Source: Acidobacteriota bacterium (lineage in GTDB: Bacteria > Acidobacteriota > UBA890 > WLXD01). From it: a DNA stretch of 64,000 nt. Made by a program: the position numbers and the translations under genes. Of the stretch, positions 42,245-52,521 are shown piece after piece (positions within the stretch are counted from its first letter, which is position 1; the number at the start of each line of letters is the position of its first letter). The stretch spans positions 32,001 to 96,000 of the forward strand of contig CBDBHB010000009.1 in assembly GCA_965205505.1 (NCBI GenBank). Direction: 5' to 3'. The notes under the pieces were generated by a model, which made no database searches, had not been told where the DNA came from, and saw only the letters and a list, made by a program, of their open reading frames with translations.

Positions 42245-43480
42245 TCACCGTACCTTTGACAGTTCGTAGTCCAGGTGTCGCATCGCCTCGCGGGCATACG
42301 ACTTCTGTTGAAGTGATTGTTCAAGCCTGCTTCGTTCGTCCCATTTGGTACGCGCATCATCCGAGTAGAACAACCAGATGTTGTGCAAGTACGCAACAAA
42401 GCTGTCTAGCTTGGCATCCATGTCGTGGCACTCGAATGGCGCGAACGACAAATCTGCGAGCTCAAAGTAGATTTCATTGATTCGCGAGCGCTCGGCGTTT
42501 GTTGCTGCGAGAAAGGCTGGTTCATCGATGGCTCGGTTGGACAGCGTAAGCAACTGACTCTCAAGCACGGCAAGGGCGGCTTTCAGCTCCTCGATGCGCG
42601 GGAGCACCTCGGAGAAATAGGCTTCTTTGGACAGCGTGTTTGTCGAGACATGTTCGGCAAGGAAGTCGTAGTTAGCGCTCCAATCGACGATGATGTTGTC
42701 ACCGACATTTTCGCCGTCGAATCCCATCGGCCGGAATCCTGACTCCAACGCCTCGTGAATCCAAATACTTCGGCAAATGTGGTTGCGTCGGTTGTGATCC
42801 TCGGCGCTCGGGTAGATAAACGTCCAGACCACGTGCGCATCTGAGTCGCCCCAGCGCCCCTCGACCATGTGGTTTCGGTGATATCTGCGTCTCTGGCCCT
42901 CGTTCGTAACTTGGCGCACGATCGCCGCAGCCTCCGCTTTGCTCATGCTGCCGTTTAGGACAACCTCAAACGAATACCGCTTCGCGGTGGCGTGGCTTGT
43001 GTCGTCGGTCTTGAAAATCGTAAAACGATCGGTAGCTACAACGGGGGTGAGAAGACTGGTTAGTGCATCAGCAGACAACTGGGCAATTGTTTGCTCTATA
43101 GGTATCGTGAACCTGTAACCTTCGCCGGTGGATGTTGCGGTGTCTGTGGTCACGACCTGCCAGTAGATCATCTTCCTGTCGGTATCACAGAGACAAATCA
43201 GCACGGGCAAAGCGTGGTTCTGCCAGTACTCAACGTGTTCCTTGTCCGTCCTGAAGATGTACCCACCGTCGCAGGTCTCTGACAGATAGCTCACACCAGA
43301 CTTCAGCTGTAGGCCCAGCAGTTGGCCTGTCGGCCGTTCAGATTGGACCAGCTCCGCGTGGGCGTCGATCCCGTAGTCGCTTTCTGACTGCTCGCGGAAC
43401 GCAAAGCCAAGCGACTCAAAGGCAGCCATTGCAATGCCGACGCCGATCCGTTCGGTGCGGTCACTATCTTGGGCCTTCAC
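42245..43480 (-). CDS. DUF4365 (PD-(D/E)xK-like) domain protein
   Basis: FREQSESDYGIDAH.E...LQLKSG.SY...YW..HALPV. GTG start with AAGGAG RBS. Confidence 0.82.
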   Translation of the reverse strand: MKAQDSDRTERIGVGIAMAAFESLGFAFREQSESDYGIDAHAELVQSERPTGQLLGLQLKSGVSYLSETCDGGYIFRTDKEHVEYWQNHALPVLICLCDTDRKMIYWQVVTTDTATSTGEGYRFTIPIEQTIAQLSADALTSLLTPVVATDRFTIFKTDDTSHATAKRYSFEVVLNGSMSKAEAAAIVRQVTNEGQRRRYHRNHMVEGRWGDSDAHVVWTFIYPSAEDHNRRNHICRSIWIHEALESGFRPMGFDGENVGDNIIVDWSANYDFLAEHVSTNTLSKEAYFSEVLPRIEELKAALAVLESQLLTLSNRAIDEPAFLAATNAERSRINEIYFELADLSFAPFECHDMDAKLDSFVAYLHNIWLFYSDDARTKWDERSRLEQSLQQKSYAREAMRHLDYELSKVR

Positions 43481-44856
43481 TTCGCGACTCTCCTTGCGAC
43501 ATAACAAGTTGTGGGAGCGCCGGTTTCAGCAACGTTGCTTCGGGTGCGGGGCGTGACTAAAGCGCGGTCAAAGTCCTTCTACTGATTGGCGATCAAGCTT
43601 TCCCGAAGTCCTGAAACCGCTCGCATTGGCTCCCCTCCTCAGTGGATTAAGTACAGCTCGGTCTGGCGCCGCTGCGACCAAGTCGTTGTCCCCACGGCGT
43701 CGCCTCGGCCGCCGCCTCTAGCATCATTCGTACGCGCTGCCTTTGTCCCGCTCCGGGACCGGCATCGTTCGAGAACCTCAATCATATGCTGGCCAACTCG
43801 AGGCCATTTTCTCAAAAGTACGGTTACCGGATCGACAGCGGGTCCCCGGCCGGCCCGCACCCCCCCTTGAGGGCGGCGGCGGGGTCAGCTCGCTGGCGGG
43901 TGATCGCCGGGGCCGGGTGTCAAAGTCTGCTCTGGTGGAGGTGGCCCTCCTCACGCTAGCAGGGCAGCTGGAGTCCGAGGCCAAGGCCCGGAGGGTGCTG
44001 TCCGCGCTGATGGCCCGGCAGCCGTGACGCCGGGTGAGTTTATTGCCAAGTGGCGAGTTTCCGAACTGAAGGAGACCACGTGCAACCGTAACCGCGGCTA
44101 TAAATGGGGGAGTCGCGGTGAGTTTTGGGTTGTTAATGGTGGGTTGGCTTGTCGTGGGTGTCTGTAGGGCTCGCGCTCGCCCTGCGCCGGTTGCGTTTCG
44201 GCCGGGAGAGTCCGTGACCTCTCGCGCGACGACGGAACCGCGCGATCGCGGCCGCCGCGGGTTGGCGGATGGTGTACTCGTCGGCCTCGTGTACGTGATG
44301 CGTTTCACAAACACGGTGGGACGCCCCCCGAACGGGTTAGGCTTCGGTCACTTACCAAGGGTTGGTTGAGGCGCTTCCCACGAGCTTGGAAAGGCGAACT
44401 GAGATGGTTGTTCCCACCGATGAAGCCTTCGTAGGCTACAACCTGACCTTGGCGAGAATCCATGCGCGGAGGCTCGGTACCAACCCGGAGGCCAACAAGC
44501 GGCAGGTGGAGCGGATCCGGGAGTGCCTGGTTGCGGTAGAGAGACACCTCCGGATATTGACGGAGGAGGTAACAAGAGTTGACGAGAAGCTGCATTGAAG
44601 GAAACGGGGGCCGGGCCTGGGTGCCGGTCTTCGATCATGGATCGCTACCCTTACCGCGGCAGGCGCGCGATAACGCCGAACGAGTCGGACAGCACGAGCG
44701 ACGCGGGCGCCAACACAAGCTCTAGGGCTATCCAGCCCGGCTTCCCGAACAGCACGAGCGACGCGCCCGACCCCGAGACACCTTCAAGGGACGTACCCGC
44801 GGCGGGGTCTCCGCGGCGGTCCTGAGCCACCCTGGCGCTCGGGGGTCCAGCTTCAA

Positions 44857-45453
44857 TCATCCACCATCCGGAAGAAACGCCGAACGCTCCAATCGCTCGG
44901 GAGTACGTTTGTCCGGCTGCAAGGGCTCCGCCGGTGCTCCGGGGCCTCGGGGCGGAATCTCCACCGCGTCGGGCGGTGGCTCGCCTTCGACCTGCACGAC
45001 GAGCTGGCCGCCGTCTCGTGTTGCCCGGATCTGGTAGAAGCCGTCCTGCAGGGCGTTGACGCTGCCCTGTATGCGCCCGTCGCGCACAGTGAGAACCACG
45101 CTAGAGTCAGGGCTCGACGCCAAGCGGCCGGCCCATGCGTAGGCTCCGTCCCCGAGCGGGTCAACGTACTCGAGCACCGCCACGAACCGCGCATTGCCAA
45201 ACAGGTTCAGGGTGACGGTGCTACCGGGCTCCGGGGCGCGGCGATCCGAGAATGACGGCCCACCGAGCAGCCGAGTGTTGACGCGAACGCGGCGGGAGCG
45301 GGTGACGTTGGGATCCGCCACCAGTGGAACCTGGCGGCCATCCGCATCGGGTCGTAACAGTCGGGGGGCCGCCGGTGGCTCCTGGCTGGTGGCCGGTGCG
45401 GTCAATAGCACCGCCGCCACGATAGCGGCAGTGGTTGGTCTGGCGATGCGCAT
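44857..45453 (-). pseudogene. Secreted protein N-terminus (reprolysin/M12-like prodomain?), truncated
   Basis: Signal peptide and RSRRVRV...LNLF...WAGRL...G.I.G...FYQI. No HEXXH before the stop. Confidence 0.5.
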
Positions 45454-45766
45454 GGATATCTATCCCTCTCCTAACGTCCGGTGGCCCGGAGCGCTGGTAA
45501 GTAGCCGAATCACGCTAGAAGTTCGTCTCTCAAAAGTAATCCCCGTGGGACGGATACTGTATGAGTGACGGGTCCCCGGCCGGCCCCCGGGGGGGGGGGT
45601 CGGAGGGCGGCGGCGGGGTGCTCGATGGCATCGGCCGCGGGTATGGGGTCAGGATGTGGGGTCGGCGTCGGTCGCCACCCGTATCGCCCAGTGGTGGCGG
45701 GCTATCCGGGCTCGGTGATGGCGGATTCGCTCTCCGCCGACGTACGCGACACCGGCGCGCGCGGTC

Positions 45767-46336
45767 CTAACTTTCACCCTCAACGGCTCCGCTCTGCGCT
45801 GTTTGCGTTTCGGCCGGGAGAGTCCGAGCAGCACCGTCAATAGGCCGCCGTCGCTCGGAGTCTTTGATGGTGTGGGGCTCGAGTAGGGCTGCCATCTCAA
45901 GGAGTGCGAGTCCAGAGACAGCCATTTCGGCGCGTACGGATTGTTCCACCTCGGAGCGACGAGGGACGCCACCACGATCAAGGAGCGAATCGGCGGCACG
46001 TTGACGTACGGCAGCGGATGAGCTCTCGAGGTTGCGGGCAGTGGCTTCGAGGGCCGCTGGTGCGAGGGCCTTTGCGAGTTCTCGAGGCGGTAGCGATGCG
46101 CGGTGGATGAGTTGGCGCACGTTGGGGTGTGCGGCCAGCACCGAGGCTTGCTTCTTGGCGGTGGACTGGCTAGCAGCGGGGAACAGAGTTGAATAGGCCG
46201 TGGTTATGGGCTCACCGTGTGCCACGAGGTACGCGAAGGCATGGATAGTTGGTGAGCAGGGGTCGGAGCCGTAGTCGGCCAGGGCACGCTTCACCATGTT
46301 GGGGGAGGGCTCGCGTGTGGGGTCGAACTTAGCCAC
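45767..46336 (-). CDS. Terminase small subunit-like protein
   Basis: FAYLVAHG..ITTAY...TAKKQAS.L..HPNV..I HTH pattern and RQRAA..LLDR. Located downstream of prim-pol. Confidence 0.55.
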   Translation of the reverse strand: MAKFDPTREPSPNMVKRALADYGSDPCSPTIHAFAYLVAHGEPITTAYSTLFPAASQSTAKKQASVLAAHPNVRQLIHRASLPPRELAKALAPAALEATARNLESSSAAVRQRAADSLLDRGGVPRRSEVEQSVRAEMAVSGLALLEMAALLEPHTIKDSERRRPIDGAARTLPAETQTAQSGAVEGES

Positions 46337-46424
46337 GGTGGGAGCCTCGCTCTCGTGTGGGGCTCATGCGTCGTTCCTCGACAGAATGGCCTGCTCGCCG
46401 CACACGGGCGAGGGCGGCGCGCTT

Positions 46425-46500
46425 GCGCATTCCAGGCAGCTCAACGGTGCGCATTCCAGGCAGCTCAACGGCGGGCATTCCAGGCAGCTCAACGGCGAGC
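46425..46500. repeat. Three 24-bp tandem repeats (candidate iterons)
   Basis: GCATTCCAGGCAGCTCAACGG at 46427, 46451 and 46475. Confidence 0.9.
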
Positions 46501-48141
46501 ACCCGGCCCGCGGCCCGCTTGGCTCTTCGGTAGGGCTCCCTGGTAGGAGGTCGCGGCAGCTGCTCGGGCGGCGCTCGGCGGCCCACGATCGCCTTGTCCC
46601 CGGCAGGCGTGTCGGCGGCGTTTTCCCTGTCGGACCCGTGTGTGGGGAGTACTCCTGTCGGACCGTTCCCCCTTCGGGTCATTATGTGTACCTAGAAAAC
46701 TCCTGCGCTGTATGGGGAACTCGATGATGCACCCGATCGCGGGATCGGGTGTTGCTGGAGCGTTTGCTCGAGGACCTGGTGCAAAGCGCCGGCAGCGGTG
46801 CTCGTGACGATCCGCTTCGCGTTCGATCCGGAGCCAGCGGAGGCGCACGGCGCGGTCGATCGCTGGCGTGCACCAGCGCGGCGTACCGACCAACGCGCGT
46901 AGGGTCGAGGAAGGCACGTCGGGCCGCCCTTGCCGGCACCGGGCAAGCGTATAGCCGACGGTGCGCAGGAACGCGCGCCGCAGTGCCCGGTGTGGGATCT
47001 CGGCCGCATCGGCCTCGAGGCGGGAGCGCACCTCGTCAGGCAGCTGCTCGAGCTCGGCTGTGGCGATCTCCCGGAGCTTGTCAGGCGTCGGCATCGAGGC
47101 CTCGGTCGCGGCGGGGTTGCGCAGCAGCTCGGCGCCGCGTGCGTAGGATCTCGTACAGTCGGCTCGCCAGCCGCGCAACTCGGCCCACGTGGCGCTCTGG
47201 AACGTGATCGCATCGAAGGCCTCGAGCGTTGTATCTAGGTCGAGGTCGGCTGCGTGCGCAAAATGCCCGATGGCGCGAGCGGTCGCGTTGCGGCAGCCCG
47301 GTTGTACCGATCCGGAGCGCAGCAGCTGTGCGATCTCGCGCGGCTCGTTCCACGGTAGCGGCCCGACGGATCCGAAGCGCGGCCGCTCACCGCCCGCGGC
47401 CTCCGCGAGCTCGTAGCGCTCGGCGCGTGCCTCGGCTGCGGCTGCGATCGCCTCCAGCGGCGATGGTGCCCGATTTAGGCAGGTCTCCGCACCCGGACCT
47501 GCGGCGAAGGATCCGCGAGTGTCCTGCGCCATCCTCGGGACACGAATCGGACACCTGCGCACCCGGAGCCGGTCACAGGTGCCGCGCAGCTTGAGAATCG
47601 AGCGCAGCTGCTCGGCAGGCGATTCCTTAAGCTCCGCACCCGTGACAGGGTCGAGCCGGGCGGCGTCAAGGCCGGCCGGTAGACGACAAGCACCCACCAG
47701 GATCTCGCACCACTGCCCCGGCGGCGCCCCCGGCTTGGCGCGCAACAGACGCCGCACGTGCTCGGCCGCCTCGTCCGCCGGCATCGGCCGATCCAGCAGC
47801 ACGTATACGTGCATCGATTGCTCGCGGTTGCAACTCGGCCGCGTGGCGAACCACACGGGCACGCCGGCGGCGCGGATCTCGCGCAGCGCTTCGTGTCGTG
47901 TCTCCGGGTCGCAGAGGTGCCGTGGCCCGTCGTAGTCGATCACCAGGTGACGAACGCGCCCACGCGCATCTTGCAACGGCGCGCCGAGCACCAGCTGGTG
48001 CAACCAGTGAGCCGCGGCGAGCGGCGGCAGGATCACGAGGCCACGGTGCCCGGACACTTCCTTGTTCCAGCGGCCGCGGCTGTCGCGGATCGTTTGAAAG
48101 AACCTCGAGCCCGAGGAGGTGTCGTCGCCGACGTGCGGCAC
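46489..48141 (-). CDS. AEP/prim-pol-like replication protein with PriCT-like motif
   Basis: LVIDYD, SMHVYV, CRLP, PGCRN. The frame stays open upstream to about 48330, so the true start may be frameshifted. Confidence 0.62.
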   Translation of the reverse strand: MPHVGDDTSSGSRFFQTIRDSRGRWNKEVSGHRGLVILPPLAAAHWLHQLVLGAPLQDARGRVRHLVIDYDGPRHLCDPETRHEALREIRAAGVPVWFATRPSCNREQSMHVYVLLDRPMPADEAAEHVRRLLRAKPGAPPGQWCEILVGACRLPAGLDAARLDPVTGAELKESPAEQLRSILKLRGTCDRLRVRRCPIRVPRMAQDTRGSFAAGPGAETCLNRAPSPLEAIAAAAEARAERYELAEAAGGERPRFGSVGPLPWNEPREIAQLLRSGSVQPGCRNATARAIGHFAHAADLDLDTTLEAFDAITFQSATWAELRGWRADCTRSYARGAELLRNPAATEASMPTPDKLREIATAELEQLPDEVRSRLEADAAEIPHRALRRAFLRTVGYTLARCRQGRPDVPSSTLRALVGTPRWCTPAIDRAVRLRWLRIEREADRHEHRCRRFAPGPRANAPATPDPAIGCIIEFPIQRRSFLGTHNDPKGERSDRSTPHTRVRQGKRRRHACRGQGDRGPPSAARAAAATSYQGALPKSQAGRGPGARR

Positions 48142-48554
48142 CAGCGCACGTAGCGCTTCGGCTACCAGCTCCGGCGTCAGCTCGGCGGCGAGCTCCTCCG
48201 GCCGCGGGTGCGGAAAGCTCGGCAGCCGCGCCAGTACCTTCCGCGGCAGCGCGGCGCACAGGCCTCCGGTGAGCTCCGGGTGCTGGTGCTCCAGAATACG
48301 CAGGCGCTGGTAGCGTGTCGGCAGCCGCGATGACCAGCGCGGAGACAGACCCGCTGCGTGGTTGTCGCTAGGACTCTCATTGCGGCTTGGTGTCCAGTAT
48401 GACCACGATCCAGCCGTTCCTGAACTGGGTCTGTCGTACCCATGAGTTCTTGTCTGGTATTGTTGTTGTAATTGTATATACTGCGAAGTATCGTCGCAGT
48501 ATCTTGTTTTATTGCTATGACTTACAGAAGATGAGTGGCGGAGCGGAGCGCAGC

Positions 48555-48910
48555 CGGCTGCAACAAGCCATCCAGCTCAAGGCCGAGATCATGGTGGACC
48601 ACTTTCACGAACAGGTGCTGGCGCTCAACAAGATCGGTGGCAACGCACGCGCGATGGTGGTGACAAGCGGCATCCAGCGCGCAATCCAGTACTACCACGC
48701 GATCCGGCAGTACCTCGTGGAGCGCAAGAGTCCGTATCAGGCCATCGTCGCGTTCTCAGGCGAGCACGAGTATGGCGGGGCGCAGGTCAGTGAGGCGTCC
48801 CTGAACGGCTTCCCCTCCGGGAGGATCGCCGACGAGATCCAGCACGACCCGTATCGGTTCCTCATTTGTGCCGACAAGTTCCAGACCGGGTACGACGAGC
48901 CGCTCCACCC
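48555..48910 (+). pseudogene. hsdR: Internal fragment of a second HsdR
   Basis: KAEIMVDHF, ARAMVVT, AIVAFSG, KFQTGYDEPL. Confidence 0.85.
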
Positions 48911-48960
48911 GCGCGCCGCCGGCAAGCAGGGCGACAGAATCGCGGCGCCGGATCGCGGCT

Positions 48961-49422
48961 TCAGTTCATTCGTTCGACGTGCACCCGGGCGACCCCTTCG
49001 TCAACCATGGCCAGCGCCTGTGCGGCGCCCATCGAAAGGTCTAGGTCGCGGCCTTTGATGAACGGCCCTCGGTCGTTGATCTCCACCACGACTGAGCGTT
49101 GGCTACGACGGTGCGTGACCCGCAGCCGCGTCCCGAAAGGTAGCGTCTTGTGCGCTGCGGTCATGGCGTACATATCGAACACGACACCGCTCGCCGTCTG
49201 GCGGCCATGGTACTTCTGACCATACCAGGACGCGACCATCACAGAAGCGAGCATCCCGGGCCGTGCCGAGGGGCGCAGCTGTGCCGAGCAACCGTTCGCC
49301 GCCAGCAGCGATACGCCGATGGCTATTGCCACAAGCAACCTTCGCGGTGCATCGGCTCTGCGCTCGTGCCCTGTGTACCCGCAGAACACCGATAACTTCG
49401 CCCGCCGAGCGAATCCCATCAT
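48961..49422 (-). CDS. RlpA-family DPBB lytic transglycosylase (possible lipoprotein)
   Basis: ASWYG..YHG..TASG, TAAHKTLPFG, INDRGPF, DLS. Confidence 0.88.
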   Translation of the reverse strand: MMGFARRAKLSVFCGYTGHERRADAPRRLLVAIAIGVSLLAANGCSAQLRPSARPGMLASVMVASWYGQKYHGRQTASGVVFDMYAMTAAHKTLPFGTRLRVTHRRSQRSVVVEINDRGPFIKGRDLDLSMGAAQALAMVDEGVARVHVERMN

Positions 49423-49878
49423 CGCAACACCGCCTCGTCCAGTTTGTTGCCCAGCCGCGGTGGACACGGCCGGATCGCAGAAACCCACGGTGGCGCACCG
49501 AAACTGTTGCCGCTCCCACAATCGAGTGTCGGGGTCGTACGACTGACTCAGCTCGGAGGCGCCATCGATGCCCGTTAAGGGCCACGACGAGACAAGGGAT
49601 ACCCGATGCGGAAGTTACGGAGCGATTCAAAAACAGGCACTACCGGCAAGACCACGGTAGATTGCGGCCAGGAGCGGCCTACAGCGCCCCGGCTACCGAC
49701 GACCGAGCGGTTGGCGTCGTCCAAGGCTTGGCAGGCCGCGGCGGTGATCAGTTCTTCGGCCCGCTGTTACCTGGCGACGGTCTCAGGGAGTCTCTGTAGA
49801 ACACCCGTGGCGTTTCGGAAGTGCCCGGCGTGACGTTCTAGCGATTCCTCAGGGCGCCGCCCGGGAAGTCGCGACGGC

Positions 49879-50430
49879 TCAAGCAGGCATCGCCTCTCGC
49901 ATGACCTTAAGGTCGTCTGCCGTTATCTCCGCGTACGGTACGAGGCAGTAGTGCCGTTCGTCGAGGATGCGAACAGCGTCATCTTGGATAGTCACCTCGA
50001 AGAGAACGATAACGTCTTCGCCCATGAACTGAGCCGCAATCGGTCGGCAGATCAAGCCTGGAAACTTGTCCCCGCAGACGAGCAAGTCTTGTTCGAGTTG
50101 GACGCGGCCAAGCTTATCGGCACCTCCTTTGGCTTGCACTGGGATTATGAATTGAGCCCCTGTCTTGCCGACGCCAACGTAGACCTCATCTACCTCCACC
50201 TGGACCCCATCAACGGCTGTGGTCAGGTGGTTCTGGAGCGAGTACGTTGTCACCCCCGTGAATACGTCGATCAGACGGTTGTAGCGGACTTTCGCTAGCA
50301 GTGCTTGCTCATCGCCTAGCGCATACTTCCCGACGATCTCTGGTGTCGAATCTGGGATCTTTATCTGGTAAAGTCCTGCGCGCGGCTCGATCTTGGTCTC
50401 TTCGACGAGGCGAAATCGGTACACGCCCTT
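49879..50430 (-). pseudogene. Restriction-endonuclease-like protein, 5'-truncated
   Basis: DEQALLAKVRYNRLID, VEVDEVYVG, PVQAKGG. Confidence 0.65.
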
Positions 50431-50764
50431 GGCCTAGCCTCAGAGCGGCTCCGCGCAGCTCCTGCCCACTGTGACGCGAACCTTGCGGCCACGCCTGCCT
50501 GGGGTTTGTGCTTCCCAAGGGCCAGGGTCAATACTCTATCTCAGGCTTTGCAGACCAAGTCGAGGGTCGCGCTGCCGCTGGCACCTGATGGTAAGTCATT
50601 GGGCGTAATTTGTATCGTATATGTTCCGGTCAGAGTCGAATCTTCAAAGAGTTCCGAGGCCGGGACCGTTGGGGGGCGACCCCCCGGCGGAACGCCCGCG
50701 CTGGTTGTTGATGCAACCCGCTGCGAAAGCCACCCCGTTGCACGAGCAGGAGAGCATTCTCTCA

Positions 50765-51010
50765 TCGACGTAGGGCAGGGTCTCGAACCCGCTCAGCCAA
50801 CTCTCGTGATCCTGCCAAGGATCGCGGTCTTTGCGGCCGGTGCGCACGTGGGCGTCGCGCCAGGGAATGCACACGCCAACTACCGTCAGCGGGCCAAGGT
50901 CGGTCTGTGTGATCCCTGCCACGAGCCTCCCGCTGGGGAGCGCTTCGGAGCCGGCGGGATCGACTACGGACCACGGACGCTTGCTCCAGAGAAGCACTTT
51001 CCGGCGTCCT
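50765..51010 (-). pseudogene. Second fragment of the EEP gene seen at 1013
   Basis: 50850-51010 is near-identical (inverted) to about 1202-1361 and continues into sequence deleted from the first copy. Confidence 0.85.
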
Positions 51011-51077
51011 CGCGGGCGTGCATGGCCTCCGACTACCAGGACTGCGAGCCGTAGGCCAGCCGCTACGGCGGGCTAGC

Positions 51078-52427
51078 CTAGGCTAGCCTTGAGGCAGCGC
51101 GGGCCTTAGTTACTAAGAAGTCTCCGATGAAGCGCAGCCCACGTCCGTCGGCGGCCTCGAGGGCGTCGAGCGCGTCGGTGATGGCGCCGGTGAGCTCGGC
51201 CCACTGATCGTCGACGATGAGAATCCCATCGGACCCTACGGAGGCGGCTATGTTGCCGGCGACGTCGCGGGTGGCTTCGAGCATGACGACGTTGCCCGCC
51301 ACCGCCTGGGTAACGATCTCGACGCCGGTCAGGTCCGGCTTCTGGCCGGACGCAGCCGGTACCTCGGCGGTCCGGATCCCGTCGATCGCGACGCGGAACC
51401 CCATGTGGTCGTCGCTCGAGTTCTGCTCGTCGCCGGTGCGCGCCGCGGAGCGGATGCTGTGACCGCCCTGCGGTGCCACCGCGCCGTTGGCTTCGACTCC
51501 CGCCCAGTCGACCCACGAGCCACCGCGATTGACACGGTCGACGCGCTCGTCGGGCACGTCGGCCGGCCGCTCCGGGCCGCTCGGATTCCGCCGCGGCGAG
51601 CGTTCGTAGTAGCCGTCGTCGTACACGTCGTGCACCCACTCGCCGAGATTGCCCGCCAGGTCGTACACACCGTAGGGCGAGCGGCCCGCCGGATAGGCAT
51701 CGACGGGTGAGGTCTCGACATGGCCGTCGTCCACGGTGGAGTCGGACCGGCGGGTGTACTCGCCGTACTTGCCGATGAAGTTCACGTCGGCATAGTTGGC
51801 CCGGTTGCCGTCGGGGGCGTCGTTGCCCCACGGAAAGCGCCGGCCATCGGTGCCGCGGGCCGCCTTCTCCCACTGCGCCTCGGTGGGCAACACGACGGGA
51901 ACGCCGAGCTGCTCGGAGAGCCAGGCGCAGAACGCCTGGGCGTCGTTCCAGCTCACGCTCCCGACGGCGTGGTCGCCGCCCTGCTCGAAGTAGATGTTGT
52001 GCCAGGCGCCGTCGCTCATCGGCCGCCACGGATCGCCCCGGTCCCCGGGTCCGGGAATCTCGCCGGTCCACTGCCATGAGCCCATGCCGCGCTCGGCGTC
52101 GGTCACGTATCCCGTGGCCTCGACGAAGGCGCGAAACTGCCCCACCGTCACCGGGAACGCAGCGACCCAGTAGTCGTCGAGCTCGACCTCGTGCACCGGA
52201 AGCTCGTCGTCGAGGCCTTCCTCCGACCCCATCGCGAATGGCCCCGCCGGAACCAGGACGAAGACGTGCCCGTCGCCGAGGTCGGCCTCGCGATGCCCGA
52301 GGTCGTTGGTGCGCGACTCGACGGCCGCGGCAAGCACGCGATCGAGGATGTCCTGGGCGGCGGCCTCGACGGGGGGCGTCGCAGCAACCGCCAACATCAG
52401 CACGGTGATGCCCAAGGCCTGGCGCAC
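51078..52427 (-). CDS. FGE/SUMF1-fold secreted protein with truncated C-terminal MBL-like domain
   Basis: F.MGS, PVT..QF, VSWNDA, LPTEAQWEKAARG, DLAGNL.EW, RGGSW, GFR, then GNIAASVG.DGILIVD. Confidence 0.85.
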   Translation of the reverse strand: MRQALGITVLMLAVAATPPVEAAAQDILDRVLAAAVESRTNDLGHREADLGDGHVFVLVPAGPFAMGSEEGLDDELPVHEVELDDYWVAAFPVTVGQFRAFVEATGYVTDAERGMGSWQWTGEIPGPGDRGDPWRPMSDGAWHNIYFEQGGDHAVGSVSWNDAQAFCAWLSEQLGVPVVLPTEAQWEKAARGTDGRRFPWGNDAPDGNRANYADVNFIGKYGEYTRRSDSTVDDGHVETSPVDAYPAGRSPYGVYDLAGNLGEWVHDVYDDGYYERSPRRNPSGPERPADVPDERVDRVNRGGSWVDWAGVEANGAVAPQGGHSIRSAARTGDEQNSSDDHMGFRVAIDGIRTAEVPAASGQKPDLTGVEIVTQAVAGNVVMLEATRDVAGNIAASVGSDGILIVDDQWAELTGAITDALDALEAADGRGLRFIGDFLVTKARAASRLA

Positions 52428-52521
52428 CGGATCCTCCCGCGTGTGGTCTAAGATGCGGCGAACCTATCACCCGGAAGAGTCGCCCGCCATGGGCGACCCG
52501 CCGCCCCACGGAGAGGCCGTC

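Noticed and set aside
43480-43600. Possible integron attC or dif site upstream of the DUF4365 gene (GTTATGT)
   Set aside because: No matching inverse core and hairpin, dif spacing is wrong, and there is no integron integrase.
46425-46500. 24-bp repeats as CRISPR
   Set aside because: Head-to-tail with only 3 variable bases and no spacers.
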